A stretch of 64,000 bases of DNA from the human T2T-CHM13v2.0 reference genome, Homo sapiens. Position numbers and translations under genes: made by a program. The notes under the pieces are model-generated. The model was not told the DNA's origin. It did not search any database and was given only the letters and a program-made list of their open reading frames with translations. Each line of letters opens with the position of its first letter. The first letter of the stretch is position 1. Location: the NCBI RefSeq assembly GCF_009914755.1, contig NC_060925.1; one strand, 5' to 3'. Below are positions 1 through 52,107 of this stretch, piece by piece.

Positions 1-48
1 ATGCTAGTTGTTAAGTCTCATTCTGCCTGCCTTACACTTTTACCTTGA

Positions 49-1770
<1,722 letters not shown>

Positions 1771-2765
1771 CCTTAAATTTATTTGTTCATAGTCTTCAAC
1801 TCACGAATTTTTCTAGGAATTTAATTAATCAGGAATATAATTATTTAAGAGTTTTATCTCATCTTGAAATATGTGAAAAATTGGGAAGAAAACCCTAAAT
1901 GTTCTCAATAAGGATTAATAAATTATAGCATACATGAATAGTCTGCAACCATTAACAATTATATTTAAGGAATATTTAATATTACAAAAATTATGAAATG
2001 TGCTAAGTGGAAAAAGCAGGCTATATAGCTATACATTATTAATACGGTATATAAACTTATATGCTATAAAAATAACCAACATGTTGGTTTCTCTTTGTAG
2101 TGCAATTGGGATTTGAGGGAGTTCTCCCTTCTCTGTTTAAAAGGATCTCTTTAAAAAACAACAAATGTAATACAACTTAGCACATAGATAGATATTAAAT
2201 AAGTGTATTATATAAAGAATCTTAAAACTTCTCCCTTCTCCGTCCACCCCAGAGCTAACCAATGGTAACAGGTGCAAACTACACATCTTTCCAGATCTTT
2301 GTTTCCTCTGTGTAACTATGTATACAACTATGAGACTGTTCTATATGTATCATTGCGCAACCTCGGTTTTTGCTTCGTTCTGTTTTAACCTAACAGGAAA
2401 TCCTGCATACCTTTCCATTTCAGAGCACTTGGAGCTACCTTCTGTTTCTTTGCTGTAGAAGCCGTTGTGTGAACAAATCCGTTTATTTCTCTCATCAGTC
2501 TCCTTTGATAGACATTTGGGTCACGTCCGGTTTTACGCTTTTACAATACATCAGTGAACAGCAGTAATACGAGCTCAAGACAGAAGGCCTGAAAAACATT
2601 GAAAAACACAGAGACGGAAAAAAAAAAACCACAGAGGGGGAAATATAATTTCGGGTTATTTCAGTTTCACCTTTACACTTTGTTATATTCCACATTTTTT
2701 GCAATAAATATAAATTTGGAAGTAAAAGCATAAAACGAAAATCAAACGATTGATTGATTGATTGA

Positions 2766-3360
<595 letters not shown>

Positions 3361-4479
3361 AAACAATACTAGCCACAGTTTATTAAACTGCAACTAAATG
3401 CCAGGCTATGTGCGCCAAACTTTTAATATTAATGGTTGTAGGCACCTTTCTTGAACACCCACCACTATCAGCCAGTCACTGAGCCAGATCCTTCAAAATA
3501 ACAGTAAAAATATAGATAATCTACAGTTTATTGAGCACTTCATCTGCATCAAGCCTTGTTAAGGGGTTTCCATGCATAAGCTCTCATTCTCACAATAGAA
3601 CGGTGGAGGTAAACTATTGCCCCATTTAACATTTAACATGCAGTCCTGTAGACCCAGCTACTCGGAAGGCTGAGGTGAGAGGACCCAGGAGCTCCAAACT
3701 TAAGTGAGCTATGATCGCGCCACTGCACTCCAGCCTGGGCAACAGAACGAGACCTGTCTCAGAAAAACAAAAACGTAATAAAAGAAAAACAAAAACAAAA
3801 AAACAGGAAACGGGTTCAGAGAAGTGAAGTGTTTTGCTGAGGTTCACAAAGAAAGGGTTGGAACTGGAACCTTCAACTCCGATATCCTGATTCCAAGTGT
3901 GGCCTTTTTAGGGAGGGGGTCGGGGTACAGAATTCCGCTGGGGATAGGGAAAGGTAGGACAGGATGGTGGGAGGCCAGAGGCGTTGCTCCAGGGACAAGC
4001 CTCAGGGTGGTTCTCTGAGAATAGGATGTATAGAGCCTCTAGGAGTGGAGGGTTGGGGAAGGAAGGGAGACCAGAGGAAAGGGAGAAGTTGTTCTTTCTG
4101 AAAATGTGAGGCTTCTCTCCTGGGGCAGCCTATTAAGGTGTAGGTAGCCCTGGACCTCGAGATTCTAGTCTCCACTCTGTGGCCAACTTCCTAGGGAACC
4201 TTGGGCAAATTCCTCTCTCTCGACCTGAGGCTTCCTGCCTTGTAAGAGAGGTAGTAAGCCAAAACAATGGAAAGTGCATTCGGGCTGTGAAGTATTTTAG
4301 GACTCTGGTCCTTGCTGGCAGCAGGGGGAATCTTCAGCAACCACAGACCTTTACTTAGCTGTTGCCTGGCCTCTTTTCAAGACCTTCAGGCGGTGACATG
4401 GACCCTAACAATCCTATAAACTCAAAACGGTTTGGGCCAGCCCTTTCCTACTCCATTCTGACTTAGCTATAGCAGGATC

Positions 4480-4498
4480 TGGCCTGCAGGGGGCGTTG
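4480..4498 (+). promoter_or_regulatory. Candidate CTCF motif
   Basis: TGGCCTGCAGGGGGCGTTG resembles the CCASYAGRKGGCRS core. Confidence 0.55.
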
Positions 4499-6194
4499 AG
4501 GAACCACTCAGCCGACAAAACTAAACTAAATCAACCAAGCAATTTGCCCAAAAGCACCCAGTGCGTTAGTTTTTGCATTTAAGAAGGGTAAACGTTTCCA
4601 AACCTGAAGATTTCTGTCCTCAGTATGCAATCGAGAAGACGAATTATATACACTGCCAGTTCTTTATGGCACCAGTTCTCTCCATAATGACTCTGCAAGT
4701 TTAGAGCTAATTTCTATTTCTTTGTTTTACAGATAGGGAAACAGATTCAAAGAGCTGGAAAAAAAAAATTCAGTTTGGGTTACTTGGCTAAAAGCTGGCA
4801 CCCGAATTGCCTGACTCCTGGGAAGTGCTCTTAGGAGATAGTTGGCTTTGTTTCTGGGAGTCTGTGGTTGTACTGCCTGCTAATGCACAACTCCAAAGGA
4901 CAATTTTGGTTGTGTAGCTTGACAGCTCGGCACCTGTCAGCTCTGTGCAGGAAGGACCTCCCTCCCCACCTAGCACAATGCCTGCTTCATGAGTAATTGA
5001 ATTAATGTGTGACTAAGCCTTGAAGGATGGGTCTTCTTTGGCTTTATCAAACCAATTGGAGTGGAACTTCTTTCCTGAAAGTTCCCCCTGGGCAGGAATT
5101 GTATCTGAGATTAGTGGGTGGGGAGGGGGGAAACAATAAGAAGAGCTCAGAAAATGACATCTGGGGTGATAAATCACAGCCCCCCGAATGGTCCCATTAC
5201 AAGGTCATTATAGTAAAGTGATCTCAGAATTTGAGACTAGAAAACTAATTCAGGAAGAATGAATACAGAACAGATGACAATCATATTAGGGTCATAATCT
5301 GAAATGGATCTAAGGCTGAAGACATCTCAAAAACATTTCAAATCCAGTCTAGGTAGGTGTATCTTTGGGACTGGAAGGTGATTGAGGAATATAAATAGCT
5401 GGCCAATCAGTGGCCTCAACATAGCTGATGCAAGAGTTGAGAGTGTGGCAACAGAAGAAGGAGATCTTTACCCAACCAAAAATACAAGGCAGTGGGGAGG
5501 GGAGGAATGTGCCCAGCCAGTGGCACCCTGCCATGCCCTGCTAGGCTGCTAGCTTCACCACTGGATTTCCCAGAGCCAGGCACAGTGCCTGGTACACACA
5601 AGATGGTAAATAAATATTTATTGAATGAAAAAAGGAAGGAAGGAACTGGAGCCCTGACCAGCAGATAGTTGCTGAGTAGAGCAGTTCAATAATTCGTCCT
5701 TTCACTTGCTCAGATTCCAGCTGCCTTAGCCACCTTCAGATGATAAATTTGCCTTTCAGTAAAGGCTCTCCTACAAAGAGGAATGCCCTGGCCTCTCAAT
5801 TACAGGTCGCTTGACAGTTATGTTTCTCACTTCCAATTAATATATCTGCTTTAAGCATCAGTTCCTTTTGCCAGCCGGCTTCTTACATATTCATGTGTTT
5901 GTCTCATCAATGGAGTGGTGGAGTTTCTGCATAGGAGTCATTCCTGCCTGGGTTGGAATCCTTACTCAGCATATTACTAACCTATCTGACCTTGGTCCAG
6001 ACGTGTTACCTCTTGAGTCTCAGTTTTCTCATCAGTCAAATGGAGACACAATAGCCTGTTTCACAACGTTGTGGTGAGAGTTACCTGAGACAGTGATGTA
6101 TCCTGAATTCTTGCTGGAGCTCAGTAACTCTTAATGTCTGTGCTTCTTCCTGGCTTTTCTTTTTTGGAGACCAGGTCACAAAAGATAATATCAA

Positions 6195-7097
6195 GGCTGG
6201 GCGTGGTGGCTCACACCTGTAATCCCAGCACTTTGGGAGGCCGAGATGGGCAGATTGCTTGAGCTCAGGAGTTCAATAACAGCCTGGGCAACGTGGTGAA
6301 CCGCCCCACCCCCCACCCCCCACCTCGTCTCTACAAAAAATACAAAAATTAGCCAGGTGTGGTGGTGTGCACCTATAGTCCCAGCTGCTTGGGAGGCTGA
6401 GGTGGGAGAATCACCTGAGCCTGGGAGGTTGAGGCTGCAGTAAACAGTGATTGTGCTACTGTACTCCAGCCTGGGAGACAGACTGAGACCCTGTGTTAAA
6501 AAAAAAAAAAAAAAAAGGCCGGCGCGGTGGCTCACACCTGTAATCCCAGCACTTTGGGAGGCTGAGGCGAGTGGATTACCTGAGGTCAGGAGTTCAAGAC
6601 CAGCCTGGCCAACATGGTGAAACCCCGTCTCCACTAAAAATACAAAAATCAGCTGGGCGTGGTGGCATGTGCCTGTAGTCCCAGCTACTCAGGAGGCTGA
6701 GATAGGAGAATTGCTTGAATCCAGGAAGCAGTGGTTACAGTGAGCCAAGATTGCGCCACTGCACTCCAGCCTGGGCGAGAGAGCAAGACTCTGTCTCAAA
6801 AAAAAAAAAAAAAGAATTTTGGGTCAGGTTCAGTGGCTCACACCTGTAATCCCAGCACTTTAGGAAGTTGAGACTGGGAATTTGAGACCAGCCTGGTTAA
6901 CATACTGAGACCCGTCTCTGCAAAAAATAAAAAGAAATTGGCCGGACAGCATAGTGCACACCTGTAGTCCTAGCTACTTGGGAGGATAGTTTGAGCCCAA
7001 GAGTTTGAGGTTACAGTCAGCTATAATCACATCACTGCACTCCAGCCTGGGTGACAGAGTGAGTAGAGGGAGACTGTCTCAAAAAAGAAAAAAAAAA
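6195..7097 (+). mobile_element. Three tandem Alus (J/S types)
   Basis: Alu consensus, head to tail. Confidence 0.9.
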
Positions 7098-7211
7098 TTC
7101 TAAGAATTTTTTGCTTTTTCTTCTCACAAAGTTACTATGTAAATGAAGCTTTGGGAATGATTTAGTGACTGCCTTAAAGATTCTAAGGAGTTATTCAACA
7201 GAGGAGAGTAA

Positions 7212-11441
<4,230 letters not shown>

Positions 11442-11442
11442 G

Positions 11443-14160
<2,718 letters not shown>

Positions 14161-15163
14161 ACTAGGTAGAATGTGATACATGTGAAAAGAGATCCAGCTC
14201 AAGTGCCTTGGGAGCTCAGGGGAGGGTGAGATTAATCTCTTTTTCCCAAGAATCTGGAGGCAGGAAACCAAGTCGGTTTCATCTTTGGAATTGTAAGCTT
14301 AGACTTAGAAGTCTCAGAGGGGGACTTGGGGGTCTTATCCACCCTCACCCCTGGCAGGATTCCCTGTCTAGAATAAACAATAACTTTAAAATGGAAACAA
14401 AAAAAGGAGCTCTGAAGGAAAACTGTGAAGGAAGAGGCTCCGTTTGAAATGAATAGAAAATGAATTTAGCTTGGAGGTGCTGAGGTGTTGGTAGAGGCAA
14501 CTTTCTGGCAAGAGGCGAGTTGAAGGCCAGGAAGTGAATGAGATCAGGGAGAGTGTCTGGAGGGAAGAGGGGCAAAAACAAACTGGGGAAGCACCCACGT
14601 TTTAGGAAGTGGGTGGTGAAAGAGGAGTCAGAGAAGGCCAGAGGGAGAGGTGAGCAAAGATCCAGCAGAACACCTTGTTACAAAGTTTCGAGGAGGGTGG
14701 GAGGGGTGGAAGCCAGGACGGGTAGCAGAAGGAAGAAAACTTCCAGCAATAGGGATTGAGGTTCCACACGAAGTTACCAATGACATTTCAAGGAATGAAG
14801 GCTTTTCCTGAGGCTCCACAAATAAGGTGAATTCCCTGTGTCTCGCATCTTTGGAGCTTCCCCGAGGCCAGGGGGAGCAGGGTTGTGCCCTCTGACCTCT
14901 AAATATCTGGGGTTCAGTTCTATAATTAGCAGCACCGGATAGGACGCGAGCCAAACCTCTCTTAACCCTAGCCAGTCCCTCCAGGAACTGAAAAGATGAA
15001 GAATTCATTTAGGAGATTTCACACTCGGCTGTTTGGCCTAGCCCAGTGAAGTCCCTTTTCATCACGCAACCCTAATGACTCTTAGGGCTGTCACTGCCGT
15101 CTGGTGTTGCCAGGGATCTGACTAAACCGTCTTGCAAAAGTTTGCAGCATTCACCCGAGGCGG

Positions 15164-15301
15164 ACTACAACTCCCAGAATTCCGGGCGCTCCCCGGTGCT
15201 GATTGGCGGAGCCCGTGACTCCAGGGGGCGGAGTTTCCCCCGCCTCCCCGGGGAAACAGACCTCTGATTGGCTGGACCGCCGGGCTTTTGTGTCCCCGCC
15301 C
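15164..15301 (+). promoter_or_regulatory. TATA-less SESN2 core promoter: ZNF143/THAP11 motif, two inverted CCAAT boxes, GC boxes
   Basis: ACTACAACTCCCAGAAT 15164-15180; ATTGG 15202 and 15267; GGGGCGG/CCGCC(C) at ~15225, ~15240, ~15295; TSS inferred at ~15320-15345. Confidence 0.8.
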
Positions 15302-15373
15302 TCCCCCGGGGACCGCAGCGGGCTGAACTGCTGGTGTCAGAGCCCGGCGAGCGCTGGCAGTTCCGCGGCGGGG

Positions 15374-15433
15374 ATGCTGAGGAGCGCTGGGTCCGGGAGC
15401 AGCCCTGGCCCCTGCGGACTTCCGAGGCCGTGA
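15374..15433 (+). other. upstream ORF in the SESN2 5'UTR (19 aa)
   Basis: gggATGc...TGA, MLRSAGSGSSPGPCGLPRP; only ATG between the inferred TSS and the main start. Confidence 0.6.
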
Positions 15434-15682
15434 AAACCCCTGCGCTGCGGCCCTTCCCAGGCCCCCGAGGCCGTTCGCCGTTCCCGAAGCCCGACTGGGG
15501 GAAGAGTCCAGCACCAAAGCGGCCGTTCTCGGATTCCGGAGCGTTCTGGAGCCCCGAGAGACGCCCCGGGGTTCTAGAAGCTCCCCGGCGGCGCCCAGTC
15601 CCGGCTTCATTCGGGCGTCCCTCCGAAACCCACTCGGGTGCACGGGTCGTCGGCGAGCCGCGACCGGGTCCTGGCGCGCACC

Positions 15683-36636
<20,954 letters not shown>

Positions 36637-38323
36637 CTCCTGAGCAGGACCTGGGCCCGGTTCAGCTCCCCACAAGGACTTCTCTGTCTGGAGACAGCCC
36701 CAGACCCTTTTGTGTCCCATGCCCACCCTCCCCACGCTGCAGTGGGCTTGTGTGTGATGTGCAGTCCCGAAGCCACACCCTCCCTTTTCCTCACTGGAAT
36801 GGACAGTTCATTGCACTGACTCTGGGATCTCAGCCCTGCTCCTGGGAGCTGGAAGAGCACTTGGAGATCCTAAGGGACCACACCCTTCCTCCTTCCCCTG
36901 CCCACAGAGGCAGAGGGCACAGGAAAGAAGCCGGGCCAAGCTCGGAATTAATGTGCCACAAGTGTTGTGGCCTTCCTGAACTGGGAAGTCCCTGGCTGGC
37001 CCCCGGGGGAGAGGGGCAAATGCCTCCGGGACTGACACTCCAGGCAGCTTTGCCTTCTCTCCCCTGTCATTTCCAGATTTCATTACCTCCTACTTGCCAT
37101 TCACCCATCAATGTGAAAGTCAGGGTCACAGCTGGTCTGTGTGTCCAGTTCCCTAAAAGCCTGTTCTGTTGGGCAGCCTGAGGCTGTTGCCCGAATCCTA
37201 GTTCAGTTTTTTGACTTCCTTTGCCCTTTTTCCCTTTTCTCCATGCTTAATGGTGTGAGGCGTCAGGAGAGAGGCCAAGTACATAAAAAAAAAAAAAGCA
37301 GATTATCTCTAGAGAGTTTGAGCCTTTGCTGGTCACATTGCCTTCTGAAGAGGAGGGAGTATTAGATTATAAATCCTCTTTATTTTGGTCCTTTATGCTT
37401 GAGGTTCCAACCTGGAGCCACAGTGTGTGAGAGGAGGAGGAGAGGGAGAATTCTGTTCTCCCAGAGCTGCACCTGCCTCGCAGAGGCCAGCACCCCACTC
37501 TCCTGCCTCCAGTGGCCCTGCCGCAGATGTCTCCCAAAAAGTTGAGCCTTTCTAGATGGCTTAGGTGGCACCATGGCTCAGCAGGAGGGGCGGGAGGCAC
37601 CAGGGTTCTTGTTTGGACCCTGCCCCTGGGCCATGGCCAGGTGACCATGGCTACATTGCCAAACCTCTGACTGCCACAGCTGCAGACTGAGAGGGTGGGT
37701 CTGAGTCCCCACAATGTCTGAAGCTGCCCCTGGGATTCTCAGGCCAACCTGCCAACAGCAAGCGGATTTTCTTGCAAGATCAGGGACCCCATTTCTGCAG
37801 CCAGTGTCTCCTGGGTGCCTTCTGAGGACTCCCACCCCCATCCCAGTATCTCATCTGTCCCCTCTCCTGGGGCTTAAGTGGGTTGCTTCCAGGCAGAAGC
37901 AGCCAAGGACCGATTCCAGGCACTTTCTGTAGCAAATGACTGTGAATTACGACTTCTCTTGCCCTTCTTCTAGCAGTCTGTGCCTCCTCTCTGACCAGTT
38001 TGGAGGGCACTGAAGAAAGGCAAGGGCCGTGCTGCTGCTGGGCGGGGCAGGAGAGGAGCCTGGCCAGTGTGCCACATTAAATACCCGTGCAGGCGCGGAG
38101 AAGCAACCGGCACCCCCTTCCGGCCTGAAAGCCCTCCCTGCAAGAAGGTGTGCAGGAGAGAAGAGGCCCCGGCATGGGGATCTGGGTTCTAGAGGGCATG
38201 TGATGACTGTAAATGTTCACTGGGTGGGTAGGGAGTGGTATCCAGTGTTCAAGTGCAGAAATCTTTGGCTTTGCTACCAGTTCCATATGATGAGAAATAA
38301 ACGTTCGCTGAGGTTTTGTTTCA
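36637..38323 (+). other. SESN2: SESN2 3'UTR (~1.7 kb, no obvious interspersed repeat)
   Basis: From the stop codon to a probable CA cleavage site ~20 nt after AATAAA. Confidence 0.85.
38296..38301 (+). terminator. SESN2 polyadenylation signal
   Basis: AATAAA followed by tttCA and a U-rich downstream element. Confidence 0.88.
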
Positions 38324-39367
38324 TACTCCCTTTTTATGGGCTGTTCTTTCAATTTCCTGAAGGTCATGGTTCACCTTGTAGCATAGGCAGAGAGCTGTGA
38401 TTGCATCATGGGCCTGACCTGATAGCCCCTGCCCTGCCGAGAACTTGTGCCCAGTGATTGTAGGTTGGGACTGTTGGCACTGAAAGTCTACTTGTCCCTT
38501 GGACATCCAGTCCTGTCACCCTTCTGCGGCTGCCCTGGCACTGTGGAGTAATAATGACCATGGTGTTTTTCTAAGCCTGGCCATGGGCTGGGTACTTGGA
38601 GACCATTCCTCTGAATTTGCAGCAATCCTGTAGGAGAATTGAGACGGGTGAACTGACGTTGTTGAGGCCACATGGCTAATCGGTGGGGGAGCCAGGATTC
38701 CCCCCTGCTCTGCTTGACCCTGAGGCCTTGACATTTTACCTTGCTGTTTTGCCCACTACTGGACTTCCCCTGTGACAAAGAGGCTGTTTGAATCTGGAAG
38801 GACCCCCTTGTGTCCCCAACCCCACCACATTATGATTACCTGCTTCTCATCCTACCGCCTCCAGCACCAAGGAGACAACGCCAGGAACAAAGAGGTGCAA
38901 CCCCCAAGCTGTGCCAGTGCCGTTTATGGCTGTGTGACCTTGGTCAAGCTTCTTAACTTCTCTGGGTACCAGGAACTAGTTAGCTTACCAGGAAAACCAC
39001 ATCATGTAAGAGCTAAGACCACTCCCGCGGGCTTCCTACTTCCTATAAATACCGCTGTCAGAACACTAGGTCTCTTCCAGGCAGCCTCCCCTAGTGGACT
39101 TTGTGTTCCCCTTCCCCTTGAGGTATCTGTTCATTTTCGCAGGATTCCTATACACTTCCCCTTCCTCTAGAGTCATTTGAGAGGGTGTGGGAGAAAGTGA
39201 ATCACACTTGGAGTACAAAACCTGGATTCTGGTTCTGATTGAGCCACTCACTATATCGCTGGGGAGATTGATTAATTTCCCTGTGCCTCAAGTTTCCTCA
39301 GCCATAGAAATGGGGATAAAAGTTTTCCATTTCTTTTCCAGTTGGCATGCATTGGGTGTTTGTTTGA

Positions 39368-40894
<1,527 letters not shown>

Positions 40895-41353
40895 ACTACA
40901 GTCCCAGCCTGTAGGCAGGAGAATGGCGTGAACCCAGGAGGCGGAGCTTGCAGTGAGCCAAGATTGCGCCACTGCACTCCAGCCTGGGCGACAAAGGGAG
41001 ACTCCTCTCAAAAAAAAGAAAAAAAAAATCATGTTTATTAGGCTGGACCTGATGGCTGACACCCATAATCCCAGCACTTTGGGAGGCCGAGGCAGGCGGA
41101 TCATTTGAGGTCAGGAATTCAAAACCAGCCTGACCAACATGGTGAAACCCCGTCTCTACTCAAAATACAAAAATTAGCCAGGTGTCGTGGTGGGCGCCCG
41201 TAATCCCAGCGCCATTGCACTCCAGCCTGGGTGACAGAATGAAACTCTGTCTAATAAATAAATAAATATTTTTAAAATCATGTTAAATTTGCAAATGGAG
41301 TTGAAAACTCAGCTTCAGACTGGATCTAATGAATCTATTTTAGACTTCTGTAG

Positions 41354-41581
<228 letters not shown>

Positions 41582-41863
41582 TAGCTGGGATTACAGGCGC
41601 CCAACACTGCGCCCAGCTAATTCTTTTGTCTTTTGGAACCATGCTTGATTTGAGAACTGGTGAGAGTGAGTAGAAAAAGGAGCCGGGGCTGGGCATGGTG
41701 GCTCAAGCCTGTAATCCCAACACTTTGGGAAGCCAAGGCAGGTGGATCACCTGAGGTCAGGAATTTGAGACCAGCCTGACCAACATGGTGAAACCCTGTC
41801 TCTACCAAAAATTCAAAAATTAGCCGGATGTGGTGGTGCATGCCTGTAATCCCAGCTATTTCA

Positions 41864-42025
<162 letters not shown>

Positions 42026-42834
42026 TCACCAGAGCCCTAGAGCAGGTGGATTAGAGAAGTAGTTCACAGACTGTTTTGTGCCTTAGAATCTCATTAGAGA
42101 ACCAGTGGTTGGAGGCAGAGCTCAGCAATCTGCATCTTTAATAGCTTCCTTGGTATGAGTTCTTTGAACAGATGTTATGGTTCTAATGTGTCACATGTCC
42201 TGGAGACTTAGCAGTGAAGGAGACAGACATGGTTCCTGCTTTCTTGGGATTTACTGTCAAGTGAAAGAGACAGACCTTAGACCGTTATGCAACTAATTAT
42301 TTTTTATTTTTTTTTTTAATTTTTTTGAGATGGAGTCTCACTCTGTCAGCCAGGCTGGAGTGCAGTGGTGTGATCTTGGCTCACTGCAGCCTCCGTCTCC
42401 TGGGTTCAAGCGATTCTCCTGCTTCAGCCTCCTGAGTAGCTGGGATTACAGACATGCGCTACCATGCCTGGCTAATTTTTGTATTTTTAGTAGAGACGGG
42501 GTTTTACTATGTTGGCCAGGCTGGTCTCAAACTCCCGACCTCAGGTATCCACCTGCTTCAGCCTCCCAAAGTGCTGGGATTACAGGCGTGAACCACCATG
42601 CCTGGACAAATTATTTAAATTACAATTTTGATTGGCACCTCAAAGGGAAAATATGAGGTGCTGTGAGGGCATTCACCACCTAGCAGGAGAGCCTTTTCTT
42701 CCAAGGAAATATGTTGGACTTTTGCAGAAGCTCCAACACATCCAAGAACAGCAATTTCCCATGCACTGAAGCACCTTCTTGAAATCTCAGGGCTCCATGG
42801 AACAGAGTTCGAAAACTGCTCATTCATATTCCTC

Positions 42835-43222
42835 TGTAGTGGATGCTGTCATGTGCTACCCAGACTATGGCACTCGTTTTCCCACATCTCCCACTCCATC
42901 AAGTTGCTGAAGAATTTCAGCTGAGTCTCTCTCTGGCCACTATCCTGAGTTGAAGGGAGCCACTTAGCTCATGGTTACGCCTCCTTCCAGCAGTCTGCCT
43001 CCAATGACTGGTTGATGGGAGAGAAGAGTACAGAGGCCCGGACCCTCAGCCTCCATTTGAAACAACTCTGAAGGATTATCCCAGCTTTATTGTACCCCTT
43101 AGGATCAGATGAATCCTCCATTGCAGCAGCATTGCAGCCCAACTTCTGCCCAGTTATGCTTCTCACTGTCCTGTAATATGATTCCCCAGTAAACCCTCTG
43201 TAGGCAAATCTCCATCTCAGTC
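42835..43222 (+). mobile_element. LTR16-family (ERVL) solo LTR
   Basis: TGTAGTGGATGCTG start; caatgactg...acaactctgaagg...cccagct...gcagcccaacttct...gcaaatctccatctcag resembles LTR16. Confidence 0.65.
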
Positions 43223-43679
43223 TCCTTAAAAGAGTACTTAAAACACTCTCTTATTACAGATGGTTAAAATAAGGACCAGAGTGGGGAAATGACCTACCTG
43301 AGGTCTCACAAGCCTGAACCTTCAGATCCTCTTCATAGTCTGTCACCACCCTGTGCCACAGTCCTACAACTTCCTGCTTTGACTTGCCCTGCCTGAGGCT
43401 AGAGGCAACAGCTGTAGTGGCCAGAATAGGTTCTCACTCCAATGGCTGGAGACCTTGGACAAGTCAATTCCCCTCTCTGGGGAGGTTAAGTATTGCCTGA
43501 GTTCAACATCTTCTCTCAAGTCTACCTCTGTGCAATGTGCCTGGTCCTGAGAAAAACCATGTCTCAGCTGGTGATGGCAGCAGAAATTCCTTCCGCCCAT
43601 GTTTGAATCACCTCTGACCTCACAGTTGGATTATATTTGGAGTGGTGGTGGGGAGCTTTGAGTTCTGTCCCATTTCTGA

Positions 43680-49930
<6,251 letters not shown>

Positions 49931-50837
49931 AAACGCACTCATTTTAAATGCAGACATTTCCATGAGTTTTGAGAAAAGCATACGCCTATGCAACTACCAT
50001 CCAAATCTAATTTCCTTGTGCTCCTTTGCAGTGAATATCCCATCCTGCTTTCTGGCCCCAGGCACCCACTATCAGCTTTCTGTTATTACAAATTAGTTTT
50101 GTTTTTGTTTTTGTTGTTATTCTTAATCCATTTAATTCTTTAGCAGATGACAAAGTTTTGCATTCAAAAATTAGCTTTTAAGTTTAGAACACAAACATAA
50201 TGCAACAAAATGTATTAATTCACTAGTCTTAAGACAATATTGTCATTGTGGAGTGTTTGCTAATGAATGCAGAGGTCATTAGATAAATTGACAGTAACCT
50301 ATTGAAGAAAAGAACTATAATAATCATAATTTACACATTTACTGAAGAGAGTTTGACCATTAATAAAAATTATACCTACACATCGGGTGTGGTGGTTTAC
50401 ATCTGCAATCCCAACTACTCAGGAAGCTGAGGTGGGAAAACTGAAGCTGACCCCAGGAGTTCCAGAAAAGCCTGGGCAATGTTGCAGGATTCCATTTCAA
50501 AAAAATTATACCGCACTTTGGGAGGCCGAGGCAGGTGGATCACAGTCGGAATTTGAGACTAGCCTGACCAACATGGAGAAACCCTGTCTCTACTAAAAAT
50601 ATAAAATTAGCCGGGTGTGGTGGCACATGCCTGTAATCCCAGCTACTTGGGAGGCTGAGCCAGGAGAAATCGCTTGAACCCAGGAGGCGGAAGTTGTGGT
50701 GAGCCAAGATCGTGTCATTGCACTCCAGCCTGGGCAACAACAGCGAAACTCCATCTCAAAAAAAAAAAAAAAATTATACCACACTTTGGGAGGCCAAGGT
50801 GGGTGGATCACCTGAGGTTGGGAGTTCGAGACCAGCC

Positions 50838-51078
<241 letters not shown>

Positions 51079-51294
51079 AGCCGGGCGTGGTGGCACATGC
51101 CTGTAATCCCAGCCACTCAGGAGGCTGAGGCAGGAGAATAACTTAAACCCAGAAGGCGGAAGTTGCGGTGAGCTGAGATTGTGCCATTGCCCTCCAGCCT
51201 GGGCAATAAGAGCAAAACTCTGTCTCAAAAAAAAAAAAAAAATTATACCTAAAAAACTTACAATAAGTACATAGATAACGTGATCACTTCTTGA

Positions 51295-51585
<291 letters not shown>

Positions 51586-52107
51586 TAGTTCATTCCTTTT
51601 TGTTGCTGAGCACAATACTATTGTATGGATATATTACAATTCATTTATTCATTCATGAGTTGATAGACATTTGAGTTGTTTCCAATTTTGGCTATTATGA
51701 GTAAACCTGCTATTTATGTGGACATACCCAGCTATTTTTATTTTTTATTTTTTGTAGAGATGAGGGTCTCCCTATGTTGCCCAGACTGGTCTAGACCTCT
51801 TGGGCTCCAGTGATCCTCCTGCCTTGACCTCCCAAAATGCTGGGGCTACAGAGATGAGCCGCTGCACCCAGCTCCAGTTCCAGTTGCTCTGCATCTTTGC
51901 CAACACTTGGTATTGTCAGTCTTTTGACAGTCTTGTTGACATTGGTCTAGTGATTAAAACCCTATGCACTGGAGCCAGAGTTCAAATTCCAGCTCTACCA
52001 TTTGTTGTATGACTTTAGGTGAGTCACTTCACCTCTGTTAGTCTCAGTTTACTCTTCTGGGAAAAGGGATAATAGTTCATAAGATCCTTATGTCTATTCA
52101 GTTAAAT

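Noticed and set aside
15638-15682. N-terminal extension of SESN2 from GTG 15638 or CTG 15671
   Set aside because: The GTG context is weak, the CTG adds only 4 aa, and an in-frame TAG at 15575 limits any extension
37285-37297. A-run in the 3'UTR as a poly(A) site
   Set aside because: Genomic A-tract with no canonical upstream signal; likely an oligo-dT internal-priming artefact
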